Below are positions 1-9,667 of a DNA stretch of 64,000 nucleotides, piece after piece (position 1 is the stretch's first letter; each line of letters opens with the position of its first letter). This DNA is from Candidatus Latescibacterota bacterium (lineage in GTDB: Bacteria; Latescibacterota; UBA2968). The notes below the pieces were generated by a model that was not told the origin of the DNA, ran no database searches, and saw only the letters and a program-made list of their open reading frames with translations. Location: positions 4,640,001-4,704,000 of the forward strand of contig OZ241986.1 of assembly GCA_965204375.1 (NCBI GenBank), read 5' to 3'. The translations under genes were made by a program, and so were the position numbers.

Positions 1-1704
1 GGCATCCGCTACCAGCCCGACGAAAGGCCTCCGGCGACACTCGCCCTCGGCCTTGGCTTGCAACTCGCGGTTCTCAGCATAGCCGCCATCATATTGGTCC
101 CCACAGTCGTGATGCGCGCCGCCGGTACGACGGAAGCTTATCTGTCATGGGCCGTGTCTGCCACGGTCGTGGTCGGCGGGGTGGCCACAATTCTGCAATC
201 GATCCGCATCGGCCGGATCGGCATGGGCTACCTTCTCATTATGGGTCCGTCCGGAGCCTTCATCGCGGTCTGCATCACGGCGACCACCGAAGGCGGTCCG
301 GCAATGCTCGCCACCCTGGTCGTCATCTCATCCTTCGTCCCGCTTGTGCTTTCCCATCGGCTTTCGCTATTCCAGCGACTCTTGACGCCGACTGTGGCGG
401 GAACAGTAATCATGCTGATACCGATTACGATAATGCCGCCCATCTTCAATCTGCTATCGGTGCCCGGCGCACCAGCACTCGCTGCGCCGCTGAGTGCGCT
501 TGCAACAATCATCATTATCAGCGGCATCGCGCTAAAGGCGGCCGGGGTGTTGCGCCTCTGGGCACCGGTTATCGGTGTTGCCGCTGGCTCGATAATTGGC
601 GGCTTTTTCGGTCTATACGAGGTGGATCGCATTGCCGAGGCTTCGTGGATCGGCCTGCCGCCGAACGAATGGCCGGGCTTCGACCTCGACTTCGGGCCAA
701 CTTTCTGGGCACTTCTTCCCGCATTCTTACTCGTAGCCATAATCAGTACCATCCGAACGATCAGCAGTTCCGTCGCCATCCAACGCATATCGTGGCGTCA
801 GAGCCGGGCAGTGGATTTCCAGGCGGTGGAAGGTGCGATAACCGTGGATGGGATGAGCAACTTGATTTCCGGTCTCGCAGGGACAATACCCAACACAGCC
901 AACACGCTGGGCGTGTCGATGGCCGAACTCACCGGGGTCGGTGCCCGCAACGTCGGGATTGCCACCGGAGCAGTGTTTATTGCTATGGCATTTCTTCCGA
1001 AAGTACTCGCCCTGATTCTGGCGATACCAGGCCCCGTCATCGCAGCTTACTTCGCCATAATGCTGGCGACGCTCTTCGTAGTCGGCATTAAAATAGTCTT
1101 TCAGGATGGAATCGACTATCGCAATGGCATGATCGTCGGCATCGCATTCCTGGTCGGGGTTGGCTTCCAGAGCGGTCTGATATTTTCCGAGCATATCTCG
1201 GAATTTGCAGGCGGTCTTTTGCGGAATGGGATGAACGCTGGCGGTTTTACAGCCATCATCTTGACGCTATTTGTGGAACTAACAGAGCCTCGCCGCAGTC
1301 GGATAGAGATGACATTCGATTTTTCCGCCCTGCCAAAAATCAGGGACTTTCTCGGCGCGTTCGCATCTCGCAACGGCTGGGACACTGCAATGGCGAACCG
1401 CCTGGACGCCGTCGCTGAGGAGACATTGCTAACACTCATCCCACAAGATGAAGAGAACCATGACCGACGGCACTTGCGCCTTATTGCGTACAAAGAAGAA
1501 GGCGACGCGGTTCTCGAGATCGTTGTCTCATCGGGAGAGGAGAACATTCAGGATCGGATCGCGCTGCTCGGCGAACAGACGGATGAAGCACCCATCGAGC
1601 GGGAAGTTTCACTTCGGCTATTGCGACATCTCGCGTCCTCTGTTCGCCACCAGCAATATCACGACACGGATATCGTAACCGTGCGCGTGAAAGCACACGT
1701 CTAA
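1..1704 (+). CDS. NCS2 (xanthine/uracil/ascorbate) permease family protein with C-terminal soluble extension; 5' end lies upstream of the window
   Basis: Frame is open from base 1 (GIRYQPDERPP..LALGLGLQ, typical NCS2 N-terminus). Many TM segments and an NCS2-like signature region (PNTANTLGVSMAELTGV). Confidence 0.8.
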   Translation, partial: GIRYQPDERPPATLALGLGLQLAVLSIAAIILVPTVVMRAAGTTEAYLSWAVSATVVVGGVATILQSIRIGRIGMGYLLIMGPSGAFIAVCITATTEGGPAMLATLVVISSFVPLVLSHRLSLFQRLLTPTVAGTVIMLIPITIMPPIFNLLSVPGAPALAAPLSALATIIIISGIALKAAGVLRLWAPVIGVAAGSIIGGFFGLYEVDRIAEASWIGLPPNEWPGFDLDFGPTFWALLPAFLLVAIISTIRTISSSVAIQRISWRQSRAVDFQAVEGAITVDGMSNLISGLAGTIPNTANTLGVSMAELTGVGARNVGIATGAVFIAMAFLPKVLALILAIPGPVIAAYFAIMLATLFVVGIKIVFQDGIDYRNGMIVGIAFLVGVGFQSGLIFSEHISEFAGGLLRNGMNAGGFTAIILTLFVELTEPRRSRIEMTFDFSALPKIRDFLGAFASRNGWDTAMANRLDAVAEETLLTLIPQDEENHDRRHLRLIAYKEEGDAVLEIVVSSGEENIQDRIALLGEQTDEAPIEREVSLRLLRHLASSVRHQQYHDTDIVTVRVKAHV

Positions 1705-1721
1705 ACCCAAAGAGGAATACT

Positions 1722-4700
1722 ATGCGTATCGCGACGATATTTTTCAGTTTAATAGTCGCAGCATTTGAAATACACGCCAGCGAGATGGACCTCCCGCCCC
1801 GCGGAGAAGGATCCATAGCGTTTGAGATCGATGTGTGCAGTTTTCGATATCGGGGTCGCGAGGGATTCGAAGAGGTGACCCTGAGGTTCCCCGTAGCGCA
1901 ATTTGCATTTTTGCGTCAAAACTCGGGGATTTATCTCGCGCGGTACAAGCCCTCGCTGCGGGTCCTGAACGATGACGGAGAAGTTGTGCAACAGGTGGAG
2001 GCAGAAAGCAGACTGACAGCCGAATCGCTGGAAGCCACCGTCGATACAGACCGCATGGTATATGACATGGTCCAGGTGCGCCTGCCTACAGGTCGCTATC
2101 GCGGGGAACTGACCCTCAGCGACTTGCAGGCCGACCGGGCGGGATTGGCGGTATTTTCTCTCGATGTGCCCGCTTACGATCCCGGGAAAATAGGCATGAG
2201 CGATCTGTACCTGTCTTCCGGATTCAATCCACAGGGTGCTGGAGAGAGCCTTGAGATGTTTCGAAAAAACGGGCGCTTGATCCTGCCCAACCCGGCGCGA
2301 CAATATCGGCGAGGGACACCGCTCTACCTGTATTTTGAGGTGTATTATCTGGGCTATCAGAGCCACAGGGTTGAGATGCAGATAGAAGACCGATACGGAC
2401 ATCGCCTCTGGCGCGACCAGCGGTCATTTCCCGGGTATCGGGGTGAAGTCAAATTCGCCGAGGGTATTCCCACTCGTGAACTGCTGCCGGGAACATACAC
2501 GTTGCGGGTTCAGGTCACGACCGGGAGGGATACACTCGTATCGGCCCGAAAATTTGAAATAATGGGCGACGCGCTTGTTCCGGCTACTGGCTCTGACGAC
2601 CAGCGCGCAAAAACAGCACAACACTTATTAAAACGATTCGGTGGACCCAAGGCCGAAGCCATATATACTGGCCTGGGACGCGCAGACCGCGCGGCATTTC
2701 TCTACGGATTCTGGATGGATCGCAATCCAATCGTGGCGCGGTCGTATTACAACCCACTCCTCGGTTTTGGTGCGCCTCCCAACCTGAACGGGGCGATAAT
2801 CACGGCCATGGGCAGGCGCAAAGAAATGGCAAAGCATCTCGACCCTCGCTATGCGGCTCGCCAAGTGCCGCCAGATACGGCACAGGCAAGAGATGCCCTA
2901 TGGGTGCTCGAGGTGCTTCTCGATGAAGATGGGAACGATTTGATGGGACAGGCCGCCCGGGGGTATGCCTATTTGTTTGCGAGCAACTTACCCTATGCGG
3001 AACGGACATTTAACTCCGCATTGAACGCAGGTGGGGTATTGCCCGAAGTGTACAACGGTGTGGGGATCTCACACATGGGACGCAAGCGGTGGGACAAAGC
3101 CGTGACGGCTTATGGTCAGGCACTCGCCCTTCGCCCCGACTGGAAAACCGCGCAAGTCAACCGCGCGCTGGCTCGCTTACTCGGGGGCAAACAGCGGGCA
3201 GAAGACGCCTTGAAAGAGGCCATCGAAGCCTATCCGCATCACCCTGAGTTGCTGTATTTGCTCGGGCGGGTATTTGAACGCGAAGGCAAGATCGAAGCTG
3301 CCGAGAAAGCCTATACCCGACAAATTGTGGTAAACCCAATGCACGCGCGTGCGCGATTCGACCTGGGGCGAATATGGTTGAAGCAGGGACAACGCGCAAG
3401 GGCGACTCACGTGTGGCGCGAACTGATGGAAACGCGGCCCGAACTGCGCGAGGAATGCCTTCCCCTGCTCCTGGGTGTGTATCAACTGATGGGACAAACA
3501 GGAGAAGCGCAAAAGGTGATGGCCGAGTATTTGCGCACCGTAGATGACGACACGCGCGGACTACTGCAAGACATCCGCCTTATTGCGACCCTGAAAGAAA
3601 CCGCTACTTACGAGGCATTGCCGCCCGAGCAGCAGCCGGACTTTGTGCGGATGTTCTGGCAGCGCCGCGACCCCACGCCAGCCACGCCGGGCAACGAGCG
3701 GCTGGTAGAGCACTATCGGCGGGTACTCTATGCGATGCAGCATTTTTCAACCGGGCGCAAGCCGTGGGACAGGCGCGGGGAAATTTATATTCGCTATGGA
3801 GAACCCGCGCACAAAAGCCGTTCGGGCAATGTGCGCTATGAGACGGATCCCGATGTCGTGCGGGTCAAGGAGCGGCTGTGGTTGGGCATTCCAGTAGATG
3901 GTCGCAAGGAGATAATCGCGCGGATGGGCAGGTTGCGGACATCCCTGCAAGATGTGGCGATCCAGGATGAATACGGACTTGAGGTCACTGTAAACGATTT
4001 TGAGGCAATAGACTTTGAATTGAACCCCAACCGCTCCCGTTTTGGTGCCACATCTTATAATCAGGTAAGTACTGACCGCTACCAGCCCACAGTGGAACTC
4101 AGCGGCTATGATCGGGGTGCGAGCGATAAGACGGTGCGGGGCTATCCGCTCTATCCCATCGACAGCGGTACGCGCTGGGAATACTGGATTTATCCGGATG
4201 TCGCCGGAGGAATTGAAGTGGTATTCACGGCTTTAGATCGAAAAGGGAACTACATCTATCCCGATATCCCGCAGGGCCGCAGCGAATCGCACTTCAACAT
4301 GGCGCTGTGGACAGACCGACGGCCAGACCGGCAGGTGGCATCGGCTATTCAAGCGCAGGCAGACCTCATGCCGCCCTTTGAAGATGTATTGAATTTCCAT
4401 TTCGACGCAGTCGATTTCCAGGGGAAAAACGAGTACAGCCGCATGGAAGTGTATTACGGCGTACCCCTGGCAAATTTGCCAGACAGCGTTCAGGCGACCG
4501 GCATTTTGGAACGGGGCATTGCGTTATTTGACAGCACCTGGAAACCCGTCTATCGAAAAATGGCACCCCTGCCTTTCGCGGTAGATGCGACGGATTCGCT
4601 GGGAGCAGGCGATCTCGCCGTTGATCAAATCGCCCTCAATCTGCCGCCGGGCGACTATCACCTGGGGGTGGAGGTACGCAGCCTGAAAGGCAACCTGCGA

Positions 4701-5192
4701 GGCGCTTATACCCGGTCGCTGACAGTGGAGCCATATACAGGTCCTTCGCTGATGCTTTCCGACATTGAGATGGCTGGTCTGGTGGTGGAAGACCCTTCCA
4801 CAAAAGTAAAAGGTGGACACAAAGTCGTGCCTATGCCATCCAAAACCTATTTGCCGGGACAACCCGTGACAATTTATTACGAAGTCTATGGGTTGACACA
4901 CGACGAATTGGGTCAAACGCGCTACCAGATGGATTACCAAATATCACCCCGCAAAGGCAAACCCCTGGCCGTGACGATTTTGCGCGCGGTCGGAAAACTC
5001 CTGGGTATTGAACAAAAGAAAGTGGTAACGATTTCTTACGAACAGACAGGCACGCAGAAAACAGAGCACAATTATCTGGAAATTGACGTGAAGGGATCAG
5101 AGGCTGGGCGCTATGAATTAGAGGTGGCAGTGACGGATTTGCATACAAAAGAAAAGGTCGCTAAAGACGTGATATTTTTTATTGCCAGGTAA
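1722..5192 (+). CDS. GWxTD-domain protein with TPR repeats, signal peptide
   Basis: FWQRRDPTPATPGNERLVEHYRRV...WDRRGEIYIRYGEP and WEYWIY motifs; central TPRs; RBS GAGG. Confidence 0.8.
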   Translation: MRIATIFFSLIVAAFEIHASEMDLPPRGEGSIAFEIDVCSFRYRGREGFEEVTLRFPVAQFAFLRQNSGIYLARYKPSLRVLNDDGEVVQQVEAESRLTAESLEATVDTDRMVYDMVQVRLPTGRYRGELTLSDLQADRAGLAVFSLDVPAYDPGKIGMSDLYLSSGFNPQGAGESLEMFRKNGRLILPNPARQYRRGTPLYLYFEVYYLGYQSHRVEMQIEDRYGHRLWRDQRSFPGYRGEVKFAEGIPTRELLPGTYTLRVQVTTGRDTLVSARKFEIMGDALVPATGSDDQRAKTAQHLLKRFGGPKAEAIYTGLGRADRAAFLYGFWMDRNPIVARSYYNPLLGFGAPPNLNGAIITAMGRRKEMAKHLDPRYAARQVPPDTAQARDALWVLEVLLDEDGNDLMGQAARGYAYLFASNLPYAERTFNSALNAGGVLPEVYNGVGISHMGRKRWDKAVTAYGQALALRPDWKTAQVNRALARLLGGKQRAEDALKEAIEAYPHHPELLYLLGRVFEREGKIEAAEKAYTRQIVVNPMHARARFDLGRIWLKQGQRARATHVWRELMETRPELREECLPLLLGVYQLMGQTGEAQKVMAEYLRTVDDDTRGLLQDIRLIATLKETATYEALPPEQQPDFVRMFWQRRDPTPATPGNERLVEHYRRVLYAMQHFSTGRKPWDRRGEIYIRYGEPAHKSRSGNVRYETDPDVVRVKERLWLGIPVDGRKEIIARMGRLRTSLQDVAIQDEYGLEVTVNDFEAIDFELNPNRSRFGATSYNQVSTDRYQPTVELSGYDRGASDKTVRGYPLYPIDSGTRWEYWIYPDVAGGIEVVFTALDRKGNYIYPDIPQGRSESHFNMALWTDRRPDRQVASAIQAQADLMPPFEDVLNFHFDAVDFQGKNEYSRMEVYYGVPLANLPDSVQATGILERGIALFDSTWKPVYRKMAPLPFAVDATDSLGAGDLAVDQIALNLPPGDYHLGVEVRSLKGNLRGAYTRSLTVEPYTGPSLMLSDIEMAGLVVEDPSTKVKGGHKVVPMPSKTYLPGQPVTIYYEVYGLTHDELGQTRYQMDYQISPRKGKPLAVTILRAVGKLLGIEQKKVVTISYEQTGTQKTEHNYLEIDVKGSEAGRYELEVAVTDLHTKEKVAKDVIFFIAR

Positions 5193-5193
5193 A

Positions 5194-6636
5194 TCACGCA
5201 CCGCCATAAGCCCTCGCAAAATAGGTCTGAAACCCTTCGGGACCGGGCCAGCCATCAAAAAGACGGCAATTCTCGGGCACCTCACCCTCTGCGCCATTTT
5301 TGAGCCAGTCGATCAATAGGGGATCAGCACCCCGGCGCTCGAGTTCGGAAAGACCCGCGGCATGCAGATTCTGGACGTGGTCGGGATGTTCCGCCGCCGT
5401 GTTGTCCAGCGACCCATAAGGCGTGAGCATGCAATCTTCTGCCTCGGGTTGCCATTCCAGGTACCCATCCTGGTCGAACACAGTGAAAAATCCGCGCTGT
5501 TTTGCCCATCCCCGGGCAGTGCCCGCAAGCGCGAGCTGCCGCATCCCTGCACTGCCTTCCCGTGCGGCGGTGAGGATGTCCTGGCTGTCTATATCCCCCG
5601 GAATTGGCGCACCAGCCAGGTTGGCAACAGTAGCGAAAAAATCCTGGGGTTGAAAAATCGCTGAATTGCGTCCCGCGTCGCCCTCGGGAGCTTTGATAAT
5701 GAGCGGAATGTGAATCTCCTGCTCGTACACAGGCGCGTACTTGCCAAAGCGCCCGCGCTCACCCACATTGGTACCGTGATCGCCAACGACAATAATAGCG
5801 GTATTTTTGCTCAAGCCTGTGGCATCGAAAGCCTCGAGAAATCGCCCGAAGCAGTGATCCATCCACGTAACCTTGGCGGCATAACTCGCTTTGAGGCGCG
5901 CCCTGGCTTCATCGGGCAAATTGGGATTGTTGCGTCCTCCGCCCTGAAAAGCGCGGGGATCAAGCCGCCCATCGTAACCGGGAGTTTTGTCGTATTTCAG
6001 CATAAAAGCCGGAGGCACATCCCACGGTTCGTGGGGATCAAAGCAGTCCATCCACAGAAAGAAATTTTCCCGCCGCGCATTATCCCGCAAGAATTGAGCT
6101 GCGGTATTGAACAACTTCGCACAATTCCAGTCGTCCAAGTTTGTGCGTCCCCGGTTGGTGCGGGCATAGGTATAGTTGTGTTTTGTCAGATCCGCGCCTT
6201 CACCCAGAACATCGAATAGAGGATCTCTGCACCAGTTGCTGGGCCACTGCGCTTCATCGTCCATCCAGGCGCGGTCAACTTCTGCCCCACGAATAAACGT
6301 CCACGTGTGAAAGGGATAATCAAATGCGTGCCCACCATTGACGAGATGCGGCGTATCGTGAATGAGTTGTGTCGCGTATCCCGCTTCGCCCAGCACAGAG
6401 GGAAGAGAACGCGTGTCAAAAGGCAGAGGTTTCCAGGTGTGGAAGGGACTGCCGTATTTTCCGGTCATAACATCCGTGCGATAGGGAATGGTGGGAAAGC
6501 TGGCGGCAAAAGCGCGGTCAAAACACCACGACTGCGCGGATAGACGGTCGAGATTGGGCGTTTCGATCCAGTCATTTCCGTTCGCACCAATATAGTCGTA
6601 GCGCATCGTATCAATGATAATGAGGACAATATTCAT
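5194..6636 (-). CDS. Sulfatase-like (alkaline phosphatase superfamily) hydrolase, Thr at nucleophile position
   Basis: MNIVLIIIDTMRYD start with RBS GGAG; TIPYRTDVMTG; DPHEPW; DHG. Confidence 0.8.
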   Translation of the reverse strand: MNIVLIIIDTMRYDYIGANGNDWIETPNLDRLSAQSWCFDRAFAASFPTIPYRTDVMTGKYGSPFHTWKPLPFDTRSLPSVLGEAGYATQLIHDTPHLVNGGHAFDYPFHTWTFIRGAEVDRAWMDDEAQWPSNWCRDPLFDVLGEGADLTKHNYTYARTNRGRTNLDDWNCAKLFNTAAQFLRDNARRENFFLWMDCFDPHEPWDVPPAFMLKYDKTPGYDGRLDPRAFQGGGRNNPNLPDEARARLKASYAAKVTWMDHCFGRFLEAFDATGLSKNTAIIVVGDHGTNVGERGRFGKYAPVYEQEIHIPLIIKAPEGDAGRNSAIFQPQDFFATVANLAGAPIPGDIDSQDILTAAREGSAGMRQLALAGTARGWAKQRGFFTVFDQDGYLEWQPEAEDCMLTPYGSLDNTAAEHPDHVQNLHAAGLSELERRGADPLLIDWLKNGAEGEVPENCRLFDGWPGPEGFQTYFARAYGGA

Positions 6637-6652
6637 AGAATCTCCCTTCACA

Positions 6653-6678
6653 ACGGGCGAAAGGTTTTTCGCCCCTAC
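6653..6678. repeat. REP-like palindrome ending in CCTAC (GTAG type)
   Basis: GGGCGAAA-ggtt-TTTCGCCC-CTAC; same architecture as 40631-40655. Confidence 0.55.
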
Positions 6679-6735
6679 CATTTATCTGTGTGTATCTGCG
6701 TAAAACGCTCAAATTACTCGCGTTTTTTCTGCGGA

Positions 6736-7512
6736 TCACACTTCCTGCACCACCGGCGGGCGTCTTCCCGCAGATGGCGGCGTTAAGATGCGCCGCTGTT
6801 GATCTGATGGATTGGTATAATCATCCGCATTGTAAAACTTATTGGAATACGCCAGATGGCCCGGCGCGTATTTATACAGAAATGCGCGGCGTTCATGTTG
6901 TGCTCTCCACGGCATCGTGCCGTGCATCAGCGCCTCTGTAAAAATCAGCGCATCGCCTGCTTCCACTGCGGGTTGAACCATATAGTCGGGAACGCGTTCA
7001 AAACCTCGCACTTCGGGTGGCACATTTTGACCAAAATTGGTCTTATGGCTTCCGGGAATACAGGTAAAGCCACCATCTCCCGCCTTTGCATCTGCCAAAA
7101 AGAACGTCACCACACTCAACCCATTCAACATCTCACCTTCCAGATACAGGTACTTGCGTTGGCTGCCCGTATGCCCACCGGGCGCACCGTGCAGGCGGCC
7201 ACATGCAGCCCCCGGCCTCATAAAGATGCAATAGTCGTGATCGAGGCGAAAACCTGGACCGAGCAATTCAATTAAATACGGCAAAATGCGCGGGTGATCA
7301 ATCAGAGCCTGTGTTTCTGGCGACCACGCAGACACGCGCCCCACTTGTCGGCGCCCTGCTCGCCCCTTTGAGTCCTTGCCCGGGTCGTCGTAATCGCGGA
7401 TGAATGTCGCATCAGCGACTTCATTGAGCCGTTTGACTTCCTGGGGCGTCAACACATTTTTAATGACCAGATATCCCTCGAGGTCAAACATAAACCTTTC
7501 TTCTGGTGTCAT
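6736..7512 (-). CDS. Phytanoyl-CoA dioxygenase (PhyH) family Fe/2OG enzyme
   Basis: FDLEGYLVIKNVL, IPGSHK, AGDALIFTEALMHG..W...ERR. Confidence 0.8.
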   Translation of the reverse strand: MTPEERFMFDLEGYLVIKNVLTPQEVKRLNEVADATFIRDYDDPGKDSKGRAGRRQVGRVSAWSPETQALIDHPRILPYLIELLGPGFRLDHDYCIFMRPGAACGRLHGAPGGHTGSQRKYLYLEGEMLNGLSVVTFFLADAKAGDGGFTCIPGSHKTNFGQNVPPEVRGFERVPDYMVQPAVEAGDALIFTEALMHGTMPWRAQHERRAFLYKYAPGHLAYSNKFYNADDYTNPSDQQRRILTPPSAGRRPPVVQEV

Positions 7513-7526
7513 TTCGCCCTCCTCTT

Positions 7527-8672
7527 TTAAATATAATTCGTCGAACCATCGGGCGCTTTGGTACTCCCCCGTTCCCAGTGGACGTATTCACCCGCTCTGA
7601 TGACCTCTTCATTCACTTCCACACCCAAACCGGGACGATCTGGCCTCAATTCCAGATATCCATCCATGGGCCAATAGGGTTCATCCAGCCAGTTCAGGGC
7701 ATTGTTTTCATCGGGCAGGTGATATTCCAGAATTTTGAAATTGGGCGTGGCAGCGGCAAATTGGACATTGACCGCTGTAGCCAATGGTCCCATCGGATTG
7801 TGCGGTGCCACCGTCACATAATGCGCCTGTGCAATCGCAGCGATCTTCCGCATCTCCAATAACCCACCACAGATACAAATATCTGGCTGAATAATATCTG
7901 CGCCATCTTTCGACATCAAATCCAAAAATTCAAACTTCGTGTACAGAGATTCACCCGTTGCCAGCGGAACTTGCATTTGTGAACGCAAGCGCGCCCACGC
8001 ATCGCTGTTCTCGGGCCTCAACGGTTCTTCGTAAAAAAGCGGATCGTAAGGGGCAAGGGCGTTGGCCAGTTGCAAGGCGCGAATTGGCTCAAAAATTTTG
8101 GCGTGAGGATCAAATGCAAACTCCCAGTTGTCATCAGAATACTTTCGCAATGCCTCAAAATAATCGGCGGCAGCCGCACAGACCCGACCCCATCGGTCCG
8201 CACTGGGATCCAGGCGAAACGGACTGGTCTTAAATGCCGTAATACCGTGCTCTTCATTTAGCTGGCGCGCAACTCTTGCTGCTTCCCTGCCGTCTTTTCC
8301 ACCGACACTCCGATAAACCTGAATGCGATCGCGCACAGCACCGCCCAACATCATATAAACCGGCAAACCCGCAGCTTTACCACTGATATCCCACAGGGCG
8401 TGGTCCAGGCCCGACATAGCGGAAAGGCCTATTGCTCCTGGGGGAAATCTGAACTGCTGAAACAGCTTGAGCATGATATATTCAATCCGCCGCGGGTCTT
8501 CGCCTTTAACCAGCTCAAAAATATAATCCATCGTTGGGCCAATTGCCAGATCGGGACCGGGGCTATAGCACTCTCCCCATCCGTAAATGCCCTCATCGGT
8601 TTCGACCTTCACCAGCGCACGGGATCGCTGCCCCATGCTCGCCATAAACGTCTTGATCGCTGTGATCTTCAT
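7527..8672 (-). CDS. Mandelate racemase/muconate lactonizing enzyme family (galactonate dehydratase-like)
   Basis: MKITAIKT, VKVETDEGIYGWGE, DHALWDISGK, DPH/EEP/GE metal ligands, IIQPD, APHNP. Confidence 0.85.
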   Translation of the reverse strand: MKITAIKTFMASMGQRSRALVKVETDEGIYGWGECYSPGPDLAIGPTMDYIFELVKGEDPRRIEYIMLKLFQQFRFPPGAIGLSAMSGLDHALWDISGKAAGLPVYMMLGGAVRDRIQVYRSVGGKDGREAARVARQLNEEHGITAFKTSPFRLDPSADRWGRVCAAAADYFEALRKYSDDNWEFAFDPHAKIFEPIRALQLANALAPYDPLFYEEPLRPENSDAWARLRSQMQVPLATGESLYTKFEFLDLMSKDGADIIQPDICICGGLLEMRKIAAIAQAHYVTVAPHNPMGPLATAVNVQFAAATPNFKILEYHLPDENNALNWLDEPYWPMDGYLELRPDRPGLGVEVNEEVIRAGEYVHWERGSTKAPDGSTNYI

Positions 8673-8674
8673 AT

Positions 8675-9547
8675 CTATCCCCCCACTTTGCACGCCACGC
8701 GATAAACATCCGTTCTCGCTGTAAAAAATAACGTCTTTCGATCTTCGCCGCCCCAGTTCAAATTGGCAGCGGGAAGAGGCAGTCTAATTTTCCCAAGAAG
8801 GTCACCCGCGGGATTAAACACCCACACAGCCCCAGGCCCCGTGCAATAAATATTCCCATTGCGGTCCAGCTTCATGCCATCGGGTGCTCCATCTTCATCG
8901 CCTTTTAGTTCCGCCAATACCCTGCCATTTGCGAGAGACCCATCATCCTGCACATCAAATGCGCGAATATGGCCCCGATGCGTGTCATCGACGTACAGGG
9001 TCTTTTCATCGGCTGTTATCGCCAACCCATTGGGGCGTTCAAAATCATCAACCAAAAGAATGGGTTCTGATTCGCCTACAGGCAGGCGATACACCCCCAG
9101 GAATGACAATTCCTGTTCTCCCGGCACACCATGCCTGCCCGACAGACCATAAGGAGGATCCGTAAAAATGATGTCCCCATTCTGACAGACAACCAGATCG
9201 TTGGGCGAATTGAGCTTTTTGCCCTGATAGGAATCCACCACCGTCTTCAACTCGCCATCTGCCTCAATACTCACCCGCCGTCCAGAGTGTTCGCACGAAA
9301 GAAGCCGCCCCTGTCCATCCAGAGTCAATCCATTTGAATGATAACTCGGTTGGCGATATGCGACCACACCCCCTTCTGGCGTCCACTTAAAAATGGTATT
9401 TGCCGGAATATCCGAAAAAAACAAACACACCTGTGCGGGGTCCCAGACCGGACCTTCGGTGAACTGAAACCCATCTGCAACCAATTCGGGTTCTGCCGCG
9501 GGATCGACCAGATCGGCCATCTCATCCCGAATAACTTCAATACCCAT
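8675..9547 (-). CDS. SMP-30/gluconolactonase family protein
   Basis: FTEGPVW, LNSPNDL, FTDPPYG, PNGLA, PDGMKLD. Confidence 0.9.
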   Translation of the reverse strand: MGIEVIRDEMADLVDPAAEPELVADGFQFTEGPVWDPAQVCLFFSDIPANTIFKWTPEGGVVAYRQPSYHSNGLTLDGQGRLLSCEHSGRRVSIEADGELKTVVDSYQGKKLNSPNDLVVCQNGDIIFTDPPYGLSGRHGVPGEQELSFLGVYRLPVGESEPILLVDDFERPNGLAITADEKTLYVDDTHRGHIRAFDVQDDGSLANGRVLAELKGDEDGAPDGMKLDRNGNIYCTGPGAVWVFNPAGDLLGKIRLPLPAANLNWGGEDRKTLFFTARTDVYRVACKVGG

Positions 9548-9667
9548 TGTATTAACCTTTCCCGAAGAGTAAAAAAAGCATTGTGAACCATTTTATCGCC
9601 TTATATTAAAGGCAACGAACCAATTTAAAAGCATTTATACACATCGGCAACCGTTAAAGGAGGGGTT

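Noticed and set aside
147-1091. Long alternative-frame and antisense ORFs (e.g. 147-1091, 15700-16569, 43244-43984, 46757-47419)
   Set aside because: They overlap confidently identified genes, lack motifs, and are typical shadow ORFs.
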